From the IMG/VR virus record IMGVR_UViG_3300021197_001489, positions 124,001 through 188,000 of that record: a DNA stretch of 64,000 nt; one strand, given 5' to 3'. Each line of letters starts with the position of its first letter. Positions within the stretch are counted from its first letter, which is position 1. Both the position numbers and the translations under genes were made by a program. Shown here in pieces: positions 28,060 to 38,485 of this stretch. The notes beneath the pieces are model-generated. The model ran no database searches, was not told where the DNA came from, and was given only the letters and a program-made list of their open reading frames with translations.

Positions 28060-31000
28060 TGGCATTAGCTGATAGCACCAAAGTAGATTTTTTATGGAAG
28101 AAACTTGGATTTGGAGTTACTAAAACTGCTCCAAATGCTAACAAGCAGGCATTCAACGAGAGTATTCCATCACCACTGTTGATGCGTGGCGATAAAGTAT
28201 GGCAGAGTTCTGGAAGTATACCAGCAGTGAAGCCTGCGGCTACAAGCAGTATTGTACAAATATATCAAGATGCAGCTGGCGGATCAGCCACTATAGAAAC
28301 CACAGAAGATCTCAGTGCACCAGACAATAGGACTTGGAAAACAAACATCACTGATTGGATACCAACTGAATTTGGATCAACCTACTTGGTGAAAGTTTAT
28401 GTTGATGATGCAGGAGAAGCCGCACCACAAAGCACAGGAACACAGCTATTCCAAGCTGGATCAGGGAACGACGATGAATGGTTTTTTGATTACTCGTCGG
28501 GAGTTTTAAACTTTAATGGTACTAACATTCCTTCAGTAATAGGAACTGGTGTCACAGGAAAGTCTGTGTACATTGTTGGTGCAAGATATGTAGGGCCATT
28601 TGGTGTAGGAGGCGGCACCGGTATAGGTAACTTAACTGTTACTGACACAACTTTTACCACAGATAATGCTGGTAGTAATATAGGATTTACTACAACAGGG
28701 CAAGGCACAATTGAAATAAACAATACCACGGCTATAAAAGTTTCTGTTGGTACAACGGCACAACGACCAACAACACCAACAACCGGTGATTTAAGATTTA
28801 ATTCAACCACTGGATTTGCTGAAGTTTATGATGGTTCGGCCTGGACCAGCTTTGGCAACGACTTTGGCACCATTACAACTCAGACTCTCAATGGGGATAA
28901 CAGCACTGTTGCATTTACGCTGGACCAAGCAGCAAGTACAGCAGGAATTATTGTTAGTATCAACGGTACAATGCAACAACCAGTGACTGCATACAGTGTA
29001 AGCGGAACAACAATAACTTTTACTGAGGCACCAGAGACTGGGGATGCAATTGAAGTAAGATTTATCACACAACTTACTACGTTTACTTCTATTCAAAATA
29101 CCAGTGGCAATGCTATTGTTAGCACCTTAGACACTGCCCCCACAGTACAGATCACTGGAGATTTACTACCAGCCGCAGATGGTACTCAAGATCTAGGTAG
29201 CGCAAGTAAACATTGGCTAGATGCTCATTTAGGAAAAGTTATCTTTTATGATGCTGATGATTCAAATACAGTATCATTGGCAGCTCCGGCGACGGTGGGT
29301 TCAAATGTAGAATTTACCTTACCAGCCGCAGATGGATCAGCTGGACAAACAATTGTTACTGACGGTTCGGGTGCATTGAGTTTTGCTGACAACACATCTG
29401 TAGTTACAGTAGCAAGTGATACAGCCACAAACGCAGAGAGATTGATCTATGTTGGTGCTACAACAACAGGCACTTTGTCAAATGTTACACAGGACAGTGG
29501 ACTTACATACAACCCAAGTACCGGTACTATAACAAGTGCTGAGTTTATAGGTGGCGGCGCTGGGTTAACTGGGTTAAGCGGAAGTGCTATTGCTTCAGGT
29601 ACTGTGGCAGCGGCTAGAGTAGCAACGCTCAACCAAAACACCACTGGTAGTGCAGCCACATTAACCACTACTAGAGCAATTGAAGTAAGTGGTGCTGTCA
29701 CTGGTACTGCCAATTTTGACGGTAGTGCAGCAATCAACATTGTTACAACTGCAACTAGTGATCCAACTATCACACTTGGTGGTGATTTAAGTGGTGCTGT
29801 AACACTAACAAACTTAGCAAGTGGTACCTTAACCGCAACTGTTGGCACACTTAATCAAAGCACCACTGGTAGTGCGGCTACTTTAACAACAGCAAGAGCT
29901 ATTGCACTCACTGGTGACGTAACCGGTACCGCCGACTTTGACGGCAGTGCAGGCATTAGTATTGCAGCAACAATCGCTGCAAATAGTGTTGCACTAGGCA
30001 CCGATACAACTGGAGACTATGTTGGGACGATCACAGGAGGTACTGGCATTGACTCAACAGGGGCAACCTCAGGTGAAGGTATTGCACATACATTATCAAT
30101 TGACAGCACCGTTGCTACACTTACTGGTTCGCAAACATTAACAAACAAAACACTTGGTGCTACTACAATGAGTGGCAATTTAGATGCCGATTCTAACGGC
30201 ATCACTAACCTGGCAACTCCTTCGGCGGCAACTGATGCAGCTAACAAATCATATGTTGACGGGGTTGCCCAAGGACTTGATGTAAAAGCATCAGTGGTAA
30301 ATGCCAGCACAGCAAACTTAACACTAAGTGGTGAACAAACTATTGATGGTGTTTTGACCAGTACCAGTAGGATTCTAGTTAAAGACCAAAGCACTGCCAG
30401 TCAAAATGGCATTTATGTAACAGCCGCTGGCGCCTGGGCTCGCAGTGCAGATATGGACAACTGGTTAGAAGTACCAGGTGCATTTGTGTTTATCGAGCAA
30501 GGCACAACACAAGCCGATACAGGGTTCGTTTGTACTGCTAACGGTGGTGGAACAATTGGTTCAACAGCTATGCCGTGGACACAGTTCAGTGGACAAGGAA
30601 CATTTACAGCCAGCACTGGGTTAACATTAACTGGAACGGCATTCAGTATCACCGATACAGCAGTAACACCTGCAAGTTATGGTAGTACCACTGCAATACC
30701 GACTTTTACTGTTAATCAACAAGGACAACTTACAGCCGCAGGAACTACAGCTACTAGCGCACTTACTGGTCTTAGTGGAACGGCAATATCTTCGGGTACC
30801 GTGGCAGCGGCCCGGGTTGCAACATTAAACCAAAACACAACTGGAAGTGCAGCCACGCTTACCACTGCTAGAGCAATTGAAATAAGTGGCGATGTAACAG
30901 GTACCGCCGACTTTGATGGCAGTGCTGCTATCAATATTGCAGCAACCATTGCAGCTAACAGTGTAGCACTTGGAACCGATACAACTGGTAACTATGTTGC

Positions 31001-31550
31001 TACAGGTGCAGTAAGTGGCGTTGGCCTAAGTGGTAGTTCAAGCAGCGAAGGTGGCACATTTACTGTAACATCAAATGCCACAAATGCAAATACAGCTAGC
31101 ACCATAGTAGCTCGCGATGCCAGTGGTAACTTCAGTGCAGGGACAATTACTGCACTTGCAACTTCAGCACAATATGCTGATGTGGCTGAAAACTTCGAAG
31201 TCAATGAACAAGCAGACGCTGGTACAGTTATGGTATTTGACAAAGATGGATTGCTTGTAATATGCAATAGCTATGCTGATTCGATGTTGGTTGGTGTTAT
31301 ATCAACTGATCCAGCATATCTGTTAAACAGTGACCAGCCAGACGGGCAGCCGATTGCTCTTGCAGGGCAAGTTCCTTGTAAGGTGATTGGGCCAGTTAAA
31401 GTTGGCGATTTATTAACAACAAGTAATACACCAGGTTATGCCACTGTACTTGAATTAAATGACTGGAAGCCCGGTATTACTGTTGGCAAAGCAATGGAAA
31501 ATTGTTCTATTGGCAAGCACACAATAAAAGTTTTTGTAGGTACTTTCTAA
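28059..31550 (+). CDS. Tail fibre-like protein with C-terminal intramolecular-chaperone/autocleavage-like domain
   Basis: Thr/Ala/Gly repeats; C-terminal 'AQYADVAENF...GVISTDPAYLLN...IALAGQVPCKV'. Confidence 0.75.
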   Translation: MALADSTKVDFLWKKLGFGVTKTAPNANKQAFNESIPSPLLMRGDKVWQSSGSIPAVKPAATSSIVQIYQDAAGGSATIETTEDLSAPDNRTWKTNITDWIPTEFGSTYLVKVYVDDAGEAAPQSTGTQLFQAGSGNDDEWFFDYSSGVLNFNGTNIPSVIGTGVTGKSVYIVGARYVGPFGVGGGTGIGNLTVTDTTFTTDNAGSNIGFTTTGQGTIEINNTTAIKVSVGTTAQRPTTPTTGDLRFNSTTGFAEVYDGSAWTSFGNDFGTITTQTLNGDNSTVAFTLDQAASTAGIIVSINGTMQQPVTAYSVSGTTITFTEAPETGDAIEVRFITQLTTFTSIQNTSGNAIVSTLDTAPTVQITGDLLPAADGTQDLGSASKHWLDAHLGKVIFYDADDSNTVSLAAPATVGSNVEFTLPAADGSAGQTIVTDGSGALSFADNTSVVTVASDTATNAERLIYVGATTTGTLSNVTQDSGLTYNPSTGTITSAEFIGGGAGLTGLSGSAIASGTVAAARVATLNQNTTGSAATLTTTRAIEVSGAVTGTANFDGSAAINIVTTATSDPTITLGGDLSGAVTLTNLASGTLTATVGTLNQSTTGSAATLTTARAIALTGDVTGTADFDGSAGISIAATIAANSVALGTDTTGDYVGTITGGTGIDSTGATSGEGIAHTLSIDSTVATLTGSQTLTNKTLGATTMSGNLDADSNGITNLATPSAATDAANKSYVDGVAQGLDVKASVVNASTANLTLSGEQTIDGVLTSTSRILVKDQSTASQNGIYVTAAGAWARSADMDNWLEVPGAFVFIEQGTTQADTGFVCTANGGGTIGSTAMPWTQFSGQGTFTASTGLTLTGTAFSITDTAVTPASYGSTTAIPTFTVNQQGQLTAAGTTATSALTGLSGTAISSGTVAAARVATLNQNTTGSAATLTTARAIEISGDVTGTADFDGSAAINIAATIAANSVALGTDTTGNYVATGAVSGVGLSGSSSSEGGTFTVTSNATNANTASTIVARDASGNFSAGTITALATSAQYADVAENFEVNEQADAGTVMVFDKDGLLVICNSYADSMLVGVISTDPAYLLNSDQPDGQPIALAGQVPCKVIGPVKVGDLLTTSNTPGYATVLELNDWKPGITVGKAMENCSIGKHTIKVFVGTF

Positions 31551-31616
31551 ACAAAAGCGCATCACACAGTACCACTTGAAACAAATATATCCATTAAATT
31601 AAAATATTGTTACTCG

Positions 31617-31729
31617 ATAAATACGTTTATAATGTACGCTGGCGGCGATAAAGCCCAAGGGTGATTGTACCGCAGCTGATGCAACATTATACTAAATTAC
31701 ATGCTTTGGTATAATGGAGAACCTACAAA
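31617..31729 (+). promoter_or_regulatory. Late promoter plus structured leader with alternative pairings
   Basis: ATAAATA at 31617-23. TATAATGT (31628-35) pairs with ACATTATA (31684-91), or ATTATACTAA (31686-95) pairs with TTGGTATAAT (31706-15) next to the GGAGA RBS. Confidence 0.5.
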
Positions 31730-34700
31730 ATGGCAATAACAAGAATTAAGAATAATCAAATCACTGATGCAACTATTGTTGCTAGTGCAAAACTAGTTGA
31801 CGCTAGTATTAGCGCAGGCAAGTTAGCAGCAAACTTGAACTATGGTAGTAACCTTACAGTTACAGGAAACCTAACAGTGAACGGAACAAGTACAACACTT
31901 GATACTGTCAATACAATTATTGAAGATCCGGTAATTCTTCTTGCTAAAAACGAAACTGGTGTACCATCAAAAGATATTGGTTTTATTGGAGAGCGTGGAG
32001 ATTCCCAAAACATTGCATGGATTTTTGACGAAACAGACGACACATTTAAAGCAGGCCTAACAACAGATGACGGTACTGGTACTGCAATTACACTAGCAAG
32101 TTTAGTGGATTCACAGTTCAAAGACATCACAATGGTCAACCTGGCTCCATCAGGTAACGTAACCACTGCACTGAATGCCTCAAGCACAATTGCAGCCGGA
32201 AGTTCTATCACAGCAGTAACAAGTGTAACAGGTGCAACAATAACAGATGGCACTGCCAGTTTAGCTTCTGGAAGTATCACAGGTGGTGTTGCAGCTACAT
32301 TCAGTGGTGCAATCACCGGTGGATCATTAACAGATGGCACTGCAACAATTTCATCTGGTGCAATTACTGGCGCAACATCAGGTGCATTTAGCACAACCCT
32401 TACTGCAACAGGCAACGTAGCTGGCGGCAACTTAACCACTGCTGGCGATGTAACCACAGTTACAGTTACAGCTTCGGGTGCAATTGCAGGTTCAACGACT
32501 ATCACTGCAACTGGCAATGTTACAGGCGGAAATTTAGTAACAGCAGGTAAGATAACAGATGGTGCCATAGTAATGGATGATGGCACTATCACAGGTGGTG
32601 TTGCAGCTACATTCAGTGGCGCAGTTACAGGTGGATCACTTACAGATGGTACAGCAACACTATCAAGTGGTGCTTTATCAGGTGCTACAACACTTACAGC
32701 AAGTGGTGCAATCACCGGTGGTACACTAACAGATGGCACAGCATCAATCAACTCAGGTGCAATTACTGGTGTTACTACAGCAACAGCAAGTGGAGCAATT
32801 ACAGGTGGTACACTAACAGATGGTACAGCATCAATTAACTCAGGTGCAATTACTGGTGCAACGACGGGTACATTCAGTGGTGCAGTAACTGGTGGATCAT
32901 TGACAGATGGTACTGCAACTATTACATCAGGTGCTATCTCAGGTGCAACATCTGGCTCATTTAGTACAACTCTTACTGCAACAGGTAACATCACAGGTGG
33001 CAATGTTAACACAGGCGGTATAGTTGCAGCAACAGGTAACGTAAGTGGTGGAAATATCACCACAGGTGGTAAAGTTGCAGCAACTGGCGACGTAGCTGGT
33101 GGAAGTGTTACCACTAACGTATTCCAAGGTAGCCTTCCAGTTATCAGTTCAACAGGGACAAATGCAGATATTTCAATTGATCCGAACGGAACTGGCGATG
33201 TTGATGTAAACAATGCGAAAATTATTCAACTGGCAACTCCAACTGCTAACGGCGATGCAGCCAACAAAGCATATGTTGATTCAGTTGCTGAAGGCTTAGA
33301 CATCAAAGAATCAGTTGTTGCCGCAACAACTGCCGCACTAGCCGCAGTTACATATAACAACGGTGCTTCAGGTGTTGGTGCTACATTAACAGCCAACGCT
33401 AACGGTGCAATCGCCGCAGTTGATGGCGTTACATTGGTAGCAGACGAAAGAGTGCTTATTCAAGATCAGGCAGCCGCTTTACAGAACGGTATCTACGTTG
33501 TAACAACAGTTGGTACTGCTGGAGCTCCTTTTGTATTAACCAGAGCAGGCGACATGGATGGTTCACCAGCTAGTGAAATTCCAGGTGCGTTTGTATTTGT
33601 TGAAGAAGGTAGTACCAACGCTGATGCTGGTTTTGTTTGTACAACAAACGCTCCTGTGACAATGGGTACAACTGCAATTAACTTTACACAGTTTTCAGGA
33701 GCAGGTTCAATTGTAGCTGGGGACGGTTTAGCAAAAACAGGCGAAACACTCAGTGTTAACGTTGATGACGTAACCACAGCTATTGTTGGTGACGCAGTAA
33801 CAGTTAAAGTAAGTGCTAACCTAACCACACCAAACATTGGTGTTGCTAACGGTGACAGTATTACAGTCACAGGCAATGTTACTGGTGTGAGTGCAACGTT
33901 ATCAGGTGTTGCGGTTGTAACAGGTAACATAACTGGTGGAAATTTAGTAACAGCAGGTAAGATAACAGATGGCGCTATTGTTATGGACGATGGCACAATA
34001 ACAGGCGGCGTTGCAGCTACATTTAGCGGTGCAGTAACTGGCGGGTCACTTACAGATGGCACTGCAACTATCAACTCAGGTGCAATTACTGGTGCAACGA
34101 CGGGTACATTTAGTGGTCAAGTATCAGCTGGAACACTAACAGATGGCACTGCAACTATCACATCAGGTGCAATTGCTGGCGCAACAACAGGTACATTCAG
34201 TGGTGCAGTAACTGGTGGATCATTGACAGATGGCACTGCAACAATTTCATCTGGTGCTATCTCAGGTGCAACATCAGGTGCATTTAGCACAACACTCACA
34301 GCAACTGGAAACGTCACAGGTGGGAACTTGGTAACAGCCGGTGATGTAACCACAGTGACAGTTACAGCTTCAGGTGCAATTGCAGGGTCAACTACAATTA
34401 CTGCAACTGGCAATGTTACAGGTGGGAACTTGGTAACGGCCGGTAAGATAACCGATGGCGCTATTGTTATGGATGATGGTACTATCACAGGTGGTGTTGC
34501 AGCTACATTTAGTGGTGCAGTTACAGGTGGTTCATTGACAGACGGTACTGCAACTATAACAGCAGGGGCTGGTTCAGGATTTACAACTATTACTTCAACT
34601 GGAAACATTACAACTGGTGTAGGAAATGTAATAGCAGGTAATGTAACTGGTGCTATAGGTGACTTCTCAGGCGCAGTTAGTGGTTCTACACTAACGTCAG

Positions 34701-37700
34701 ACAGTGGAATTACCATTAGTGGCAGTGACATTGATACTGCTGGTTCAGTGATTACTGTGAATCAAGCAGGTGCTGATAAAGACTTTGTTGTCGAAGGTGC
34801 TGCTGATACTAATTTGTTAAAAGTAGATGCTGGTTCTGATACTGTATTGATCAGTACTGCAACTGCAACAACAGGTGCAACACTAAAAGTTGATAGTACA
34901 GACTCTATATTGATTCCTAAAGGAACAACTGCACAAAGACCTACTCCAGTTACTGGTATGATACGTTTCAATACTACACTAGATAATTTTGAATTCTATG
35001 ATTCAGACAGCTGGACAACTGCTGGCAGTGACTTTACAGTTATTGCAAGTCAGACATTCGCAGGTGATGGGTCAACAGTGGCATTTACCCTTAGTAGTTC
35101 TCAAACTACTGCTAGTTGTATCGTTAGTATTAACGGTGTGGTACAGCTACCAACAACTGCATATGGTGTAAGTGGCACAACACTTACATTTACTGAAGCA
35201 CCAGAAAGTGGTGATACCATTGAAGTCAGAACCATTGCTACAACAACAACTATTACTGAACTTTCATCTGACGATGCCTCGTCGGTAATAGCTTTACAAG
35301 ATGGTGGTGATGTAAATATTAAAGGCAACGTTATACCACAAGCCAACGTATCATTTGATATTGGTAGTGCATCTGAAAGATATACAAATGTATTTTCAGG
35401 AACTGCATTGATTGTTGGTAACATCCAGATCAAGAACTCAAGTGCAAACACTGTTGGATTCTTTGCCGCAGATGGTACAACACCAGCTTCAATTGATGCT
35501 AACGCAACCATTGTTGGTGATAGTATTTCAAGTGGTTCGAGCGTTGTTGACTTTAGCGGCTCGGGTGGTAGTGTTCAAATTACTGCAGGCGGTACACAGT
35601 CATTGACTGCATTGTCAACAGGTGCTAATGTAGCTGGAGATTTTGCTACAACTGGTGATGTTAGATTCTTAGACAATGACAACAGTCACTATGTAGGGTT
35701 TCAAGCACCAGCAACAGTGGGTACCAATTTAGTATGGACACTTCCAGCAACAGATGGAACTTCTGGACAAGCTCTTGTAACAGATGCAAGCGGAACTTTA
35801 AGTTTTGCAGCCGCAGGTGCTACTATTAGCAGTGATACAAGTACAAACACTGATTTCTTGCTATACTTTGCAAGTACCACATCAGGTGCATTAACAGCAG
35901 TAAAACAGGATAGTGGATTAATCTACAATCCAAGTAGTGGTAGACTTACAAGTGGAGAAGTTGCTGGTGATGGATCTGCGCTGACATCACTTAATGGTAC
36001 ACAAATAACAACAGGTACAGTGGCAGCAGCGAGAGTGGCAACACTTAACCAAAACACCACTGGAAGTGCTGCAACATTAACAACTGCCAGAGCAATTGAA
36101 GTAAGTGGTGCTGTCACTGGTACTGCCAATTTTGATGGAAGTGCAGCAATCAATATTACTACTACTGCAACAAGTGACCCAACTATTACACTATCAGGTG
36201 CAATAACTGGATCAGGTACATTAACCAATCTAGGTGATGTTACTATTGCAACAGCAGCAACAAGTGATCCAACTATCACACTTGCTGGTGCCTTGTCTGG
36301 TAGTGCAACACTAACTAACTTGGGTAGTGCTACACTAACAGCAGCCATGGCAGCTAACTCAGTAGCACTTGGACCTGATACAACTGGTAACTATGTTGGT
36401 ACAATCACTGGCGGAACTGGTATCGATTCATCAGGAGCAACATCAGGTGAAGGTATTGCACATACACTGTCAATTGATAGCACAGTTGCTACTCTTACTG
36501 GTACGCAGACACTAACAAACAAAACACTTGGTGGAGACTTGGATGCTGATTCCAACAGTATTACTAATCTTGCAACTCCTTCAGCATCAACGGACGCAGC
36601 TAACAAATCATACGTTGACGGCGTTGCACAAGGGCTTGATGTAAAAGCATCGGTGTTGAATGCTAGTACAGCTAACTTAACACTTAGTGGCGAACAAACC
36701 ATTGACGGTGTTACAACCAGTACCAGTAGAATATTGGTAAAAGACCAAAGTACTGCCAGTCAAAACGGCATTTATGTAACAGCCTCCGGTTCTTGGGCTC
36801 GTAGTACAGATATGGACAACTGGTTAGAAGTACCGGGTGCATTTGTATTTGTTGAGCAAGGAACGGCTCAGGCAGATGCAGGATTTGTTTGTACTGCTGA
36901 TGGTGGAGGAACGATTGGTTCAACTGCTATGCCTTGGACACAATTCTCAGGTTCAGGTGCGTTTACAGCCAGTACTGGATTAACACTTACTGGAACAGCA
37001 TTTAGCATTACCAATACCGCAGTAACACCTGCAAGTTACGGTAGTACTACTGCTATTCCAAACTTCACAGTTAATCAGCAAGGACAACTTACAGCGGCAA
37101 GCACTAGTGCAGTGGTTGCACCAGCTGGTACATTGTCCGGATCTACTTTGGCAGCGGGTGTTACTGGTTCTAGTTTGACTTCAGTTGGTACACTTGGTGC
37201 AGTAACAGTTACTGGCAACGTAGCAGCCGGCAACGTAACCACAGGCGGTAAAGTAACAGCAACTGGCGAAGTAAAGGGTGCCGACCTAAATGGCACATCA
37301 GGATCACTTACTCTTGAAGCATGGGGCATTGATGCTTCTGCCTTTACTGCGAGTAACACTGTGTTTTATGCAAATGCAATACATAACTTTGTAGGCACTA
37401 TAGTTGGTAATGGCGCAAGTGTCACTGCACTAAACGGAAGCAATATATCAAGTGGTACTGTAGCAGCGGCTAGAGTAGCAACACTCAACCAAGACACAAC
37501 TGGGACAGCAGCAATTGCTACAACTGTCACAGTCACAGACAATGAGTCTACAGATGAATCTAATGTAATTTTGTTTGCGGCAGGAGCTGCTGGGTCAGGT
37601 AACCTTGGTGTCGAAGCTGACGGTAACATGACATATAACCCAAGTACTGGTAAGATTACAGCAACTGGGTTTGTTGGAGCGTTAACAGGTAATGCTGACA

Positions 37701-38392
37701 CGGCAACAGCACTCGCAACTGCAAGAGCAATTGAAATAAGTGGCGATGTAACAGGTACTGCAAACTTTGATGGAACTGCTGCTATTAACATTGCAGCAAC
37801 TATTGCAGCAAATAGTGTTGCACTTGGCACAGACACAACTGGTAACTATGTTGCTACAGGTGCAGTGAGTGGTACAGGACTAAGTGGTAGTTCAAGTAGT
37901 GAAGGCGGAACATTTACTGTTACATCAAACGCCACAAGTGCTAACACAGCCAGTACCATTGTTGCCAGAGATGGCAGTGGCAACTTCACCGCTGGTGTTA
38001 TTACAGGTACAGCAACAGCGGCACGTTACGCTGACTTAGCTGAGATGTATGCGGCAGACAGTGAAATTGATCCAGGTACAGTTGTATGTTTTGCAGGAGA
38101 AGGTAAAGTTGTAGCATGTGACATTGAAAACTGTCGTGCAGTAGCAGGTATTATATCAACAGATCCAGCACACTTGATGAACAGTGATCAAGAAGGTGTA
38201 GCACTTGCACTAGCAGGTCGTGTACCATGTAAAGTGACTGGTGCAGTAGCAGCAGGTGACTTAATGGTGGCAGCAGGCAACGGTATGGCAATGGCCAATA
38301 ACCAAGCAGCAATGGGTACAGTAATTGGTAAAGCAATTGAAGCAAATGAAAGCGGCGAAGGCGTTATTGAAGTACTAGCACTAATGATGTAA
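31730..38392 (+). CDS. Giant repeat-rich tail fibre-like protein (2220 aa)
   Basis: Many 'ITGGSLTDGTATI.SGA' repeats; C-terminal 'ARYADLAEMY...GIISTDPAHLMN...ALAGRVPCKV'. Confidence 0.8.
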   Translation: MAITRIKNNQITDATIVASAKLVDASISAGKLAANLNYGSNLTVTGNLTVNGTSTTLDTVNTIIEDPVILLAKNETGVPSKDIGFIGERGDSQNIAWIFDETDDTFKAGLTTDDGTGTAITLASLVDSQFKDITMVNLAPSGNVTTALNASSTIAAGSSITAVTSVTGATITDGTASLASGSITGGVAATFSGAITGGSLTDGTATISSGAITGATSGAFSTTLTATGNVAGGNLTTAGDVTTVTVTASGAIAGSTTITATGNVTGGNLVTAGKITDGAIVMDDGTITGGVAATFSGAVTGGSLTDGTATLSSGALSGATTLTASGAITGGTLTDGTASINSGAITGVTTATASGAITGGTLTDGTASINSGAITGATTGTFSGAVTGGSLTDGTATITSGAISGATSGSFSTTLTATGNITGGNVNTGGIVAATGNVSGGNITTGGKVAATGDVAGGSVTTNVFQGSLPVISSTGTNADISIDPNGTGDVDVNNAKIIQLATPTANGDAANKAYVDSVAEGLDIKESVVAATTAALAAVTYNNGASGVGATLTANANGAIAAVDGVTLVADERVLIQDQAAALQNGIYVVTTVGTAGAPFVLTRAGDMDGSPASEIPGAFVFVEEGSTNADAGFVCTTNAPVTMGTTAINFTQFSGAGSIVAGDGLAKTGETLSVNVDDVTTAIVGDAVTVKVSANLTTPNIGVANGDSITVTGNVTGVSATLSGVAVVTGNITGGNLVTAGKITDGAIVMDDGTITGGVAATFSGAVTGGSLTDGTATINSGAITGATTGTFSGQVSAGTLTDGTATITSGAIAGATTGTFSGAVTGGSLTDGTATISSGAISGATSGAFSTTLTATGNVTGGNLVTAGDVTTVTVTASGAIAGSTTITATGNVTGGNLVTAGKITDGAIVMDDGTITGGVAATFSGAVTGGSLTDGTATITAGAGSGFTTITSTGNITTGVGNVIAGNVTGAIGDFSGAVSGSTLTSDSGITISGSDIDTAGSVITVNQAGADKDFVVEGAADTNLLKVDAGSDTVLISTATATTGATLKVDSTDSILIPKGTTAQRPTPVTGMIRFNTTLDNFEFYDSDSWTTAGSDFTVIASQTFAGDGSTVAFTLSSSQTTASCIVSINGVVQLPTTAYGVSGTTLTFTEAPESGDTIEVRTIATTTTITELSSDDASSVIALQDGGDVNIKGNVIPQANVSFDIGSASERYTNVFSGTALIVGNIQIKNSSANTVGFFAADGTTPASIDANATIVGDSISSGSSVVDFSGSGGSVQITAGGTQSLTALSTGANVAGDFATTGDVRFLDNDNSHYVGFQAPATVGTNLVWTLPATDGTSGQALVTDASGTLSFAAAGATISSDTSTNTDFLLYFASTTSGALTAVKQDSGLIYNPSSGRLTSGEVAGDGSALTSLNGTQITTGTVAAARVATLNQNTTGSAATLTTARAIEVSGAVTGTANFDGSAAINITTTATSDPTITLSGAITGSGTLTNLGDVTIATAATSDPTITLAGALSGSATLTNLGSATLTAAMAANSVALGPDTTGNYVGTITGGTGIDSSGATSGEGIAHTLSIDSTVATLTGTQTLTNKTLGGDLDADSNSITNLATPSASTDAANKSYVDGVAQGLDVKASVLNASTANLTLSGEQTIDGVTTSTSRILVKDQSTASQNGIYVTASGSWARSTDMDNWLEVPGAFVFVEQGTAQADAGFVCTADGGGTIGSTAMPWTQFSGSGAFTASTGLTLTGTAFSITNTAVTPASYGSTTAIPNFTVNQQGQLTAASTSAVVAPAGTLSGSTLAAGVTGSSLTSVGTLGAVTVTGNVAAGNVTTGGKVTATGEVKGADLNGTSGSLTLEAWGIDASAFTASNTVFYANAIHNFVGTIVGNGASVTALNGSNISSGTVAAARVATLNQDTTGTAAIATTVTVTDNESTDESNVILFAAGAAGSGNLGVEADGNMTYNPSTGKITATGFVGALTGNADTATALATARAIEISGDVTGTANFDGTAAINIAATIAANSVALGTDTTGNYVATGAVSGTGLSGSSSSEGGTFTVTSNATSANTASTIVARDGSGNFTAGVITGTATAARYADLAEMYAADSEIDPGTVVCFAGEGKVVACDIENCRAVAGIISTDPAHLMNSDQEGVALALAGRVPCKVTGAVAAGDLMVAAGNGMAMANNQAAMGTVIGKAIEANESGEGVIEVLALMM
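32215..34700 (+). repeat. Intragenic imperfect repeat arrays (GAxTGGxLTDGTA units) in two blocks
   Basis: The DNA segment encoding 'GGNLVTAGKITDGAIVMDDGTITGGVAATFSG' occurs three times (~32525, ~33935, ~34420). Confidence 0.85.
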
Positions 38393-38412
38393 TCAATAGA
38401 AACTATTTGGAG

Positions 38413-38440
38413 AAATAGCACCTTGGGGTGCTATTTTTTT
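38413..38440 (+). terminator. Rho-independent terminator
   Basis: AAATAGCACC-TTGG-GGTGCTATTT plus T run. Confidence 0.9.
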
Positions 38441-38485
38441 GACTACAGTATCCGATAAATACTGCAAAGATAAGGATTGCTATAA

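Noticed and set aside
31643-31682. Fluoride riboswitch (GGCGAT...ACCGC..GCTGATG resemblance)
   Set aside because: The P1 and pseudoknot pairings of the crcB motif are not formed and the gene context is implausible; an Infernal search would settle it.
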